Assembly (NCBI RefSeq): GCF_000179635.2
Contig: NC_014833.1
Coordinates: 2,520,001 to 2,552,000, forward strand
Length of the DNA stretch: 32,000 bases
Origin: Ruminococcus albus 7 = DSM 20455
Lineage (GTDB): Bacteria > Bacillota > Clostridia > Oscillospirales > Ruminococcaceae
Direction of reading: 5' to 3'
Positions within the stretch are counted from its first letter, which is position 1. Each line of letters starts with the position of its first letter. The notes below the pieces were generated by a model, which saw only the letters and a list, made by a program, of their open reading frames with translations, made no database searches and was not told the origin of the DNA. This document shows positions 8,677-15,950 of this stretch, piece after piece. The position numbers and the translations under genes are program-made.

Positions 8677-10210
8677 TCCTATCCAACCTTTCTGTAAATT
8701 CAAGTCCGCTGGGCAGCCTGAAAGTCAGCGTATCGCCCGAAATGGTGATGCTCTCGACTGCTGTTTCAAGTATCTCCTTACGGGCTTCGGGAGTGCCGTC
8801 ATAGCCTTTGAAAAGCTCTGCAAGAGTTTCCATATCATCAATGGTCTTGTCCTTGTTCTCACTTGCCCTGTCCATACTGCGTGACAGGCTGCTGATCTGC
8901 ATATCAATTTCCGTGACCTCACGGTCATACTTCTCGGTGGTGATAAAGCGTTTTCTGTACAGCGTGGCGAGCCTGAGCTTCTGCTCTTTCAGGTCGGCAA
9001 TGGTTTTTAGCTGATTTGCTCCCTCTGCCGTACCGTATTCCATAAGTCTTTGAAGCTCCGTGAGCTGTGCATAGCACTTGCCGATGATCTCCGCATTATG
9101 GGTATGGAGCTTGTCGCACAGTGCTGTGAAAGCAGTCTGCAATTCATCAGCATATAAAACAGTGTTATTGCAGGGATTGCCGACATCGTAGCGATAACCG
9201 CATTGCCAATAATCACGCTTTTTGGAGCGTATCAGGGCATATGTGTGACCGCATTTTCCGCAAATCAGCTTCTTTCTGAATGGCGATTCGACCTTAGTGC
9301 TTTTCTGAGGTGTGGACGCTTTCCGCATATCCCTGACAAGGGCGAATTTCTCCTTGCTAATGATGGCAGGGTGGCTGCCCTCGATGTAATACTGCGGCAC
9401 CTGTCCCGAATTGGGAATGAACTTCTCACCCATGAATTTGGAGTAGGTTTTCTGCCAGAGTGTATCGCCGATATACTTCTCCTGTTCCAGAATGTTCAGC
9501 ACCGTCTTTTGATTCCACGCTTTACCTGTGGGTGAGGGTATGCCCTCATCGGTCAGAGTAAGAGCGATCTTCCTTGCACCCATTCCGCTGATATACATAT
9601 CGAATATCCTGCGGACGACCTCGGCTTTATCGGGTTCGATGATGAGCTTGCCTGTTTTCTTCTCTTTGGTGTAACCGTAGGGGACACGGCAATGCCCGAA
9701 CGTACCCGATGCCATTTTCTTTTGAATGCCCCAGCGGACGTTGTTGGATATGGACTGTGATTCCTCCTGCGCCAGACCGCCCATGACGGTTATCATCATT
9801 TCGTCCGATAGCCTTGCCGTGTCGATATTTTCTTTCTCAAATGCTATGGTGATGCCCAGCTCTTTCAGCTCTCGGATAGATTTCAGGCAGTCCTTAGTAT
9901 TTCGGGCGAAACGGCTGATAGACTTCGTGACGATACGGTCGATTTTGCCAGCCCTGCAATCCTCCATGAGCCTTTGAAACTCCACACGCTTATCCATGCT
10001 CGTCCCCGAAATGCCCTCATCTGCGTACACACCGACAAGCTCCGATGTCTCCGAACCTCTGTACAGGCTCGTGAAGTACCGCACCTGTGTTTCGTAGGAA
10101 TGCTCCTGATCGTCCTTGTTGCTCGATACTCTGCAATACGCAGCCACTCTGATACGTCCCTGCCTGATCTGCGACACGGCAGGGATCACTGTCATTTTCT
10201 TCATAAACAT
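8666..10210 (-). CDS. Large serine recombinase
   Basis: 514 aa. Catalytic region RVAAYCRVSSNKDDQEHSYETQ...SISRFARNTKD, recombinase domain PYGY...AEVVRRIF, zinc ribbon CGKCGHTY...WQC, coiled coil. AGGAG lies 3 nt before ATG 10210 and 9 nt before ATG 10204, so 10204 may be the real start. Confidence 0.9.
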   Translation of the reverse strand: MFMKKMTVIPAVSQIRQGRIRVAAYCRVSSNKDDQEHSYETQVRYFTSLYRGSETSELVGVYADEGISGTSMDKRVEFQRLMEDCRAGKIDRIVTKSISRFARNTKDCLKSIRELKELGITIAFEKENIDTARLSDEMMITVMGGLAQEESQSISNNVRWGIQKKMASGTFGHCRVPYGYTKEKKTGKLIIEPDKAEVVRRIFDMYISGMGARKIALTLTDEGIPSPTGKAWNQKTVLNILEQEKYIGDTLWQKTYSKFMGEKFIPNSGQVPQYYIEGSHPAIISKEKFALVRDMRKASTPQKSTKVESPFRKKLICGKCGHTYALIRSKKRDYWQCGYRYDVGNPCNNTVLYADELQTAFTALCDKLHTHNAEIIGKCYAQLTELQRLMEYGTAEGANQLKTIADLKEQKLRLATLYRKRFITTEKYDREVTEIDMQISSLSRSMDRASENKDKTIDDMETLAELFKGYDGTPEARKEILETAVESITISGDTLTFRLPSGLEFTERLDRNGN

Positions 10211-10317
10211 CAGCTCCTGTTTTTACTGTTCAGATTTTGATACATATTTACGGTTTAGATGACCTGTTGCTTTTTGAATACGGAACAAGCAATTCGCCTG
10301 TTCCGTACCAATTCCGT

Positions 10318-10527
10318 TTAATCTTCGTCAGTGCAGTATGTCAGCCCATTCTGCAACTGGATAAAAATGCACTCGTTTCTTTCATGCTCCTCGCCGTCCG
10401 ATGCCATCATCGCTTCAAGAAAGAAATGCTGTGCGTCTTCACGGTCAGACCATACACGTTTTACTCCGTTGCAGACGGTTGTAATCTTGCGACTGCGGTT
10501 CATTGCCAATTCGGGGATTTTAAGCAT
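10318..10527 (-). CDS. Small acidic hypothetical protein (69 aa), second gene of the recombinase operon
   Basis: AGGAGG lies 8 nt upstream of ATG 10527. There is an 8-nt overlap with the preceding ORF. No motif recognised. Confidence 0.55.
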   Translation of the reverse strand: MLKIPELAMNRSRKITTVCNGVKRVWSDREDAQHFFLEAMMASDGEEHERNECIFIQLQNGLTYCTDED

Positions 10528-10771
10528 CTGTGATACCTCCTAAACCATAATCTTCGATAGACGGATAACTGGAGAAGATCATATCACGGTCAAGCTCGTC
10601 AATTTTTCTGCGCTGTTCCTCGGTGATAAGGTTCTTGCTGACGAGGTCGGCAAGAATTTCACGGCTGACAGCGTAATAATACTCTGCCTGACCGTAGCGT
10701 GTCCGCTCCGTTACACTGTCGCTCTTTGTACAGAGAGCCGATGTACTTTCGTAGGATATTCCGTTAAGCAT
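10520..10771 (-). CDS. Small acidic hypothetical protein (83 aa), first gene of the recombinase operon
   Basis: The track ORF starts at 10801, but ATG 10771 (MLNGISYES...) has AAGGAGG 4 nt upstream, and the predicted promoter would place the transcript start at about 10812. No motif recognised. Confidence 0.55.
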   Translation of the reverse strand: MLNGISYESTSALCTKSDSVTERTRYGQAEYYYAVSREILADLVSKNLITEEQRRKIDELDRDMIFSSYPSIEDYGLGGITDA

Positions 10772-10819
10772 TGTTCCTCCTTCCCCTTGTCGGGGAGACA
10801 TGGAATACCCTCATCTTCA

Positions 10820-10848
10820 ATGTTACACTTTAAAGCGGTGAAAGTCAA
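10820..10848 (-). promoter_or_regulatory. Candidate promoter of the small-ORF/recombinase operon
   Basis: The minus strand reads TTGACT (10848-10843), 17 nt, then TAACAT (10825-10820). Confidence 0.35.
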
Positions 10849-11111
10849 CTGTTTCGCAGCAAGTTTGGAGATGCGCCGCAAGAGTGACACTGAAAAGGGA
10901 TATTCCCCGGTTGATTTTGCACATACATATAGCAATACAAGAAAATAGCAGCATAAAGATTTCGAGAGAAAATTTCACAGTGCAAGGAAAACGACCGCAG
11001 TTGGGCTGTCGCCCTGCAAGGGAGTTTGACGCAGCAATGTGGAATTTTATCCGAAAGATTTGTGTTGGTATTTTCTTGGATTGCTATAATATAGGTGCGA
11101 CTTACAAAAAT

Positions 11112-11272
11112 GGTGTCTTGGTGTCTGAATGGCGTAATATCGCCGTTTTGGGTGTCTGGTTTGCCGTCTTATCAGACAGAAAGGTGTCTGCTCCATACAC
11201 CCTGCCTGTCTTTCATACACCATTTCAGACATCTGAAACAACGTAATATCGCCGATAAGACACCAAGACACC
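11112..11272. repeat. Iteron field (GGTGTCT x6 plus 13-mer direct repeat and palindromes); candidate replication origin
   Basis: GGTGTCT occurs at 11112, 11120, 11151 and 11183, and AGACACC at 11258 and 11266. The 15-mer GGTGTCTTGGTGTCT (11112-11126) has a perfect inverted copy at 11258-11272. CGTAATATCGCCG is directly repeated at 11133-11145 and 11242-11254. There is also a CAGACA/TGTCTG pair (11173-11190) and a TTTCAGA-ca-TCTGAAA palindrome (11223-11238). The field lies immediately 3' of the primase-helicase gene. Confidence 0.55.
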
Positions 11273-11278
11273 TTAAAC

Positions 11279-12652
11279 TCAGGTCGATATATATTTTATA
11301 GCGATACCTCTGAATCCTCTGACGGTCTTTCCACCTACTGAGATGTTATTGGTGTACTTGATGCTGAACTGGTCGCTGTTCTGCTTTACCCAGCTTGTGA
11401 AAGTGTCTCGCTTCAATGCCGTCAGAGCATTATCATCACACCATCGGTAATAACTGTCATATAGTGCCGCCGATGAAACGCACAGCTTTTCCCCATACAT
11501 CACCCTGTCCGTATCTTCCAGAAACTCCGTGATATTGCAGTTATCCTGCATAGTCTCCATGACGTTCTGCCTTGCCCTGTCGGATATCGTGAAGCGGTAA
11601 TTGTTGGCAAGCAGGCGGAGCAGTCCGTCATACATCCAGCAGAAAATCTTCTCTTTCTCAGCGATGAATTTCTCGGCGATATAGGGGTCAATAATTCGCC
11701 TTTCGGGCGGCGGCAGGGTGGTAAGGATTATCATTCGGCGTGAGAAGCCCTTGCTCTTGTCATAGAGCGTTTTGGGACTGCCGTTGCCGAAGCACAAAAG
11801 CCGTGTATACAAGAGCGCCTGTTCCGACTGCTTGCCCTTTGCTTCAACATCTATGGGCGTTTCGGCGGTGACGAGGTTCTTGATGTAACCCGTTGAGGAC
11901 AGCGCCTGCATTTGCATATCGTCATCTATCATAAGCAGACGGTCTTTCAGATTGTAGCGAAAAAAGCGGTCTGTCTCGATTCGGTGGATATTGCCCGTAA
12001 GCATATTATCCCTGAAAATCTCACGGAGTACGATGCCGATGCGAGACTTTCCCTCGCCGCCCTGACCTATGAGAAACATCATCTTTTGCCCTTTCGTGGA
12101 GGGTATCAACAGATAGCCGAGATATTCCTGCAAAGTGACCACATCTTCCGGTGTGAGCAGTTCCAACAGAAACGTCATGAACTGTTCGGGATAATAAGCA
12201 CCGTTTCGGATATTCGGGTCATAGCAGATGTTCAGGCGGTTGGTGCAGAACTCCCTGTTGGGATAGAAGTTCCCTTGGAGGTCCAGCTTTCCGTTCTGAA
12301 CATGGATAAAGTTCATGTCGGGCGGTATAGGCTCGCTGTATGTATAGAGCCTGAGCGCGTCCATTATCTGCACGACTTTCTTTGACAGCCCTATCCACAC
12401 ACCCAGACGGAGCATACGATAGACCTCGTTGCCGAGTGCGTTCTCGTCCACAAGTCCGTCATAATCGAAGAACCGTCCGCCGATGCATTTCATAGGGTGC
12501 TTCTGCGTGAACAGCTTGCAGAATTTCAGCTCATTAACGGTGGTCTTGTCCAGCATCCAATCGGGAAGCTCACGCTCTTTCTTCTTTTCAGGTGAAACGG
12601 TTGCCGAGGCATTCTCCCCATTCTTCGATACATCGTTTGTATTCTCGTTCAA
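11279..12652 (-). CDS. Phage/plasmid primase-helicase, P4-family C-terminal / D5-like SF3 NTPase
   Basis: 457 aa. Walker A FLIGQGGEGKSRIG and Walker B RLLMIDDD, with the overall layout of P4 alpha / D5-type proteins. TTG start at 12652 has GGAGGT 8 nt upstream. Overlaps the zinc-finger gene by 65 nt; an alternative ATG is at 12556. Confidence 0.8.
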   Translation of the reverse strand: MNENTNDVSKNGENASATVSPEKKKERELPDWMLDKTTVNELKFCKLFTQKHPMKCIGGRFFDYDGLVDENALGNEVYRMLRLGVWIGLSKKVVQIMDALRLYTYSEPIPPDMNFIHVQNGKLDLQGNFYPNREFCTNRLNICYDPNIRNGAYYPEQFMTFLLELLTPEDVVTLQEYLGYLLIPSTKGQKMMFLIGQGGEGKSRIGIVLREIFRDNMLTGNIHRIETDRFFRYNLKDRLLMIDDDMQMQALSSTGYIKNLVTAETPIDVEAKGKQSEQALLYTRLLCFGNGSPKTLYDKSKGFSRRMIILTTLPPPERRIIDPYIAEKFIAEKEKIFCWMYDGLLRLLANNYRFTISDRARQNVMETMQDNCNITEFLEDTDRVMYGEKLCVSSAALYDSYYRWCDDNALTALKRDTFTSWVKQNSDQFSIKYTNNISVGGKTVRGFRGIAIKYIST

Positions 12653-13202
12653 TCCTGTCTACCTCCGTTTTTATTTCTTCCTGTTGCTCTTTGTCGAAAC
12701 GATTGAACGTTTCAAGCATATACTCCGCATAGCCGATATTCTGCAAAGCGTATACGAAACGCCTGTCCGTTTCATCATCGGGAGAAGTCGGAACATAAAG
12801 CATTTTGTACTTGTCCAGCAAAGTAAAATACCTGAGCAGAACATCATACATATGCTCCGCCCTTGCTTTCTCTGCCTTACGCTCGGCGATCTCCCTGCGC
12901 CGTCTGTTGACTTTCTCCATATCCGGTGGCTTGTCCACGTCCAGACCAAGTGCAAAATCGCTGTTGAGCTGTTTCACCGCTTCGATAGATGACAAGCCGA
13001 AAAGCTCCTGCACCAGCTTGATAACATCGCCGTGTGCCTGACAACCGAAACAGTAATAGTGGTCATCATACAGCTTGCAGGACGGGTGACGCTCCCTGTG
13101 GAATGGACAGAGCGCCATGTTTCCTCGGTGGACTTCCACGCCGTAACTGCGGGCGGCGGTGGGTACGTCCACAAGCTCTTTTACTTCATCAAATATTGTC
13201 AT
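12588..13202 (-). CDS. CHC2 (DnaG-type) zinc-finger protein
   Basis: CPFHRERHPSCKLYDDHYYCFGCQAHGDVIKLVQELFGLS is a CHC2 primase zinc finger. AAGGAGG lies 7 nt upstream of ATG 13202 (MTIFDEVKEL), which I prefer over the track start 13235. Confidence 0.8.
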   Translation of the reverse strand: MTIFDEVKELVDVPTAARSYGVEVHRGNMALCPFHRERHPSCKLYDDHYYCFGCQAHGDVIKLVQELFGLSSIEAVKQLNSDFALGLDVDKPPDMEKVNRRRREIAERKAEKARAEHMYDVLLRYFTLLDKYKMLYVPTSPDDETDRRFVYALQNIGYAEYMLETFNRFDKEQQEEIKTEVDRIEREYKRCIEEWGECLGNRFT

Positions 13203-13239
13203 TAAAAGACCTCCTTCACATACAGCCTTTTTCACCCCA

Positions 13240-13265
13240 AAAGTTGTACGAAAACGTACAACTTT
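13240..13265. promoter_or_regulatory. Perfect 11-4-11 palindrome AAAGTTGTACG-aaaa-CGTACAACTTT (candidate operator or 5'-UTR hairpin)
   Basis: Read directly from the sequence. It lies 38 nt upstream of the CHC2 gene start, in the divergent intergenic region. Confidence 0.5.
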
Positions 13266-13300
13266 AAATAAAATATGTTTTTATTAAATTAAAAATCATA

Positions 13301-13338
13301 TGTTATCACAAAATGAGAGCCTGCATTTTGTGATAACA
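13301..13338. promoter_or_regulatory. Perfect 15-8-15 palindrome TGTTATCACAAAATG-n8-CATTTTGTGATAACA (candidate operator)
   Basis: Read directly from the sequence. It ends 22 nt upstream of the -35 of the STAND gene promoter. Confidence 0.5.
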
Positions 13339-13359
13339 GCACAGCACATTTCCCGATAC

Positions 13360-13388
13360 TTGAAATACATATCGCTTTGTGCTATAAT
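13360..13388 (+). promoter_or_regulatory. Near-consensus extended -10 promoter of the STAND gene
   Basis: TTGAAA (13360-13365), 17 nt, then TGcTATAAT (13380-13388). ATG 13422 follows with GAAAGGCGG upstream. Confidence 0.6.
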
Positions 13389-13421
13389 GTATATTGGATA
13401 ATTATTGAAAGGCGGCTATCT

Positions 13422-15950
13422 ATGTACAAGTTCTGCGACTTTCAGTCTGTTACCAAATTGCTGTACAGTGGGCTGATAAAATCTACGATCAAATCATATA
13501 ACGTAATGATGAGCGACCTTTTTGGTGCATATAACGCCGCTGAAAGAAAACAGGCGTTTACAAGCAGTGAGCTTTCACGTCTGGGCAACGGTAAGCGTGT
13601 GCCGTCAAAAACGTGGGTAGACTTCTATCAGCGGAATGATAAGTCTGTCATGATCGCAGATATTATGAGCATTATTCCAAATATCGTAGATAAAACATCA
13701 ATGCAGAAAGCACTGTTTGAGCTTTACACCAACGACAGATTTATCCCCGATGATTATATGCAGATATTTTTATCAAGCCATAAACCTGAATATTCCGATG
13801 ATAACGCACTTGCGGAACTCATTTATGATGTTCTGTTCATTTCTATCGTCCGTCCTTATGAAGAAAAAACAAAGGAATGTTTTGTAGTTATACCCTTTGA
13901 TGTTTCCGAGAATGAAGTTCCGTTTACAGATCAGAAAGCCGATGTACTGCCCACTGTAAACATAAAATCTCCGGAATCGCCTGACACATTGTTCGCCAAC
14001 AGCGAATATGTACCGCCGTGTCCGCATTTCTGCGGTTATGCGTCTGATATTGATGACCTGAACACAATGTTTGCAAAGGACAACAAGCTGTTTGTGACAG
14101 GCTATCCCTGTGTTGGCAAAAGTGAGTTTGTTCGTGCTTATATTGAGAAATACCGTTCCCAATATAAGAAAATCGGTTATTATTTTTACAGCGGCAGCCT
14201 GCGTTCGATCATTGCAAATATGAACTCGGATATGCCTGTATCGCTGAGTGATACAAATAACGCTCTCTACATAAGCAACCTTAATATTCTCCACACACTT
14301 GATGAAAGCACCCTTATCGTTATTGACAATTTCAACGTCGGCATTGAAGATGATGAATGTGCGGACGATATTCTCAAACTGAAATGCAGGGTCATCTTTA
14401 CTTCACGCAGGCGATATGAGGGAGTGACTACATTCAAGCTAAATGGTATTTCCAAGAATGACGGAATGGAGCTTGTAGAAAAGTTTTTTGACAACCCCAC
14501 GCCTTTAGCTGAACATAGGCTTAAGGGCATTGTCAGTATGCTCGGAAGAAATCCTCTTTTCATAGAAATAGTCGGCAAAATGCTGATAAAGGGCGGCTGT
14601 ACAACCGAAAGATTAGATTTTGAGCTTCTCGCCGGAGACTATTCCAAATTTGATCAAAAAGTAACCTTCACAAAAGATGGAAAACTCATGAAAGAGTCTC
14701 TTATCGGTGTTCTGAGAAATATGTTCGGATTTTCTGAACTCTCGGAGGTTCATCGCAAGGTTCTGTGTATGATGCACGTTGCAGTAGAAGCCCCCATACG
14801 AAAAGATGCAGCAATAGCCATGTTTGGGATTAACAGCGTTCAGCCGATAGACGATCTGATCGACGCAGGTTTTGTATCGGAAACTTCAAACGGCATGATA
14901 CAGATGAGCCATTTCATATCGGAGATTGTTTTCAGCGCCCTGAAACCCGACAAGAATATCTGCCGTGAGCTGATAGACCGAATCAGGCTTATCGGAAAAG
15001 ATGAAAGTATTCAGTGCGATTTCGGCGATATAAGAAATATCATAGCTGAGTTTGCATTTTTCCCCATAGTAAAGCCTGACACTGAAGCCGTGGAGGTCGC
15101 CTTCGACTGTTTCAAATTCTTTTGGCGTATCCATGATATTGAACGTATGGAAGAACTGAATGAGAGAACCTTTACCCTTCGTGGATTGACAGAGCCGAAA
15201 CAGCTTGCGATACAAGAACTGGAAGAAGCCGCTATCGAAGCCGAAAAGAGAAATTATGTCAAGGCATTGGAATTTCAGAAAAACGCCATTGAAAAAATCA
15301 TGGCACTTGATGATGAATATCTGAAAGCAGAAGCTGTAAGCAGCTATGCCTATTACCTTGAATATTCGGAAACGGCTGATTCCACCGAAGAATTATATGA
15401 AGCCTACCAAAGAGGTATAGAACTGTTTGAAGGTCTTGAACTTGATAACGGCGGCAAAGTGGAACAATGCCGTATCATCACCCGTTATGCCTACTTGCTC
15501 CTCATGACCTGTAAAACAGATGAAGCACTTGCGTGGGCTGATAGAGCCGTTAATACACTTGCAAATCTCAGACCAAGAACTGTACCCAGATATGAGTCTT
15601 TTGCCGATGCGCTATATGTCGGAGGGCTGTGCCATTTGCTTAAAAATGATGATAAAATCGCAAAATTTGAACTGGACAGGGCTTTCCGCATATACTTAAT
15701 GGATCACAAAAGAGAATCCGATTTCATCGAAGACAAGCTCGAATGGGTATTCAATTTTGCCTTAGATGTGGACTCTGATATTATGGAAACGAAGCCTTTG
15801 AAATATCTGTTTGAGGTTGAAGATGATTACGATGATGACCTTGATGATGACGATCTGATCGATGACGATGAAGAGTTCTTCCTTGATCCCGATGCCTTTA
15901 CAGAAGATGAGGACACCGATAAATCCGACTCATCAGATGAAATCGAATAA
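13422..15950 (+). CDS. STAND-class P-loop NTPase (NB-ARC-like) with TPR-like C-terminal repeats, unassigned N-terminal domain and poly-acidic tail
   Basis: Walker A GYPCVGKS, Walker B TLIVIDNF, RVIFTSRR sensor-like motif, a helical repeat region, and a C-terminus where 27 of the last 45 residues are D/E. The track start 13377 (TTG) lies inside the promoter, so I use ATG 13422 (842 aa). Confidence 0.75.
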   Translation: MYKFCDFQSVTKLLYSGLIKSTIKSYNVMMSDLFGAYNAAERKQAFTSSELSRLGNGKRVPSKTWVDFYQRNDKSVMIADIMSIIPNIVDKTSMQKALFELYTNDRFIPDDYMQIFLSSHKPEYSDDNALAELIYDVLFISIVRPYEEKTKECFVVIPFDVSENEVPFTDQKADVLPTVNIKSPESPDTLFANSEYVPPCPHFCGYASDIDDLNTMFAKDNKLFVTGYPCVGKSEFVRAYIEKYRSQYKKIGYYFYSGSLRSIIANMNSDMPVSLSDTNNALYISNLNILHTLDESTLIVIDNFNVGIEDDECADDILKLKCRVIFTSRRRYEGVTTFKLNGISKNDGMELVEKFFDNPTPLAEHRLKGIVSMLGRNPLFIEIVGKMLIKGGCTTERLDFELLAGDYSKFDQKVTFTKDGKLMKESLIGVLRNMFGFSELSEVHRKVLCMMHVAVEAPIRKDAAIAMFGINSVQPIDDLIDAGFVSETSNGMIQMSHFISEIVFSALKPDKNICRELIDRIRLIGKDESIQCDFGDIRNIIAEFAFFPIVKPDTEAVEVAFDCFKFFWRIHDIERMEELNERTFTLRGLTEPKQLAIQELEEAAIEAEKRNYVKALEFQKNAIEKIMALDDEYLKAEAVSSYAYYLEYSETADSTEELYEAYQRGIELFEGLELDNGGKVEQCRIITRYAYLLLMTCKTDEALAWADRAVNTLANLRPRTVPRYESFADALYVGGLCHLLKNDDKIAKFELDRAFRIYLMDHKRESDFIEDKLEWVFNFALDVDSDIMETKPLKYLFEVEDDYDDDLDDDDLIDDDEEFFLDPDAFTEDEDTDKSDSSDEIE

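Noticed and set aside
3250-11028. Shared GGGAGTTTG motif (3250-3258, reverse at 3320-3328, and 11020-11028) and CTGTCGCCC at about 3099 and about 11006, considered as possible att or dispersed-repeat signatures
   Set aside because: There are only 9-bp matches with no extended flanking similarity that I can see by eye. This could be chance and cannot be assessed without a genome-wide search.
10884-11246. 120-aa + strand ORF covering the iteron field
   Set aside because: It spans repeats and palindromes, has no RBS at its start, and its translation has no protein-like pattern. The region is better read as non-coding origin or regulatory DNA.
11112-11272. Possibility that the short repeats here, or at 19691-19755, are a CRISPR array
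   Set aside because: The units are 7-15 bp, irregularly spaced, and partly inverted. There are no 25-40 bp direct repeats with unique spacers and no cas genes.
13377-13421. TTG start at 13377 for the STAND ORF (track coordinates)
   Set aside because: The TTG lies inside the TGcTATAAT -10 element (13380-13388), so it would not be on the transcript. ATG 13422 has an RBS-like GAAAGGCGG.
13773-14294. 173-aa minus-strand ORF (plus 14267..14578 and 14886..15215) inside the STAND gene
   Set aside because: They are antisense to a long ORF with ordered NTPase motifs, and they have no RBS or motifs of their own.
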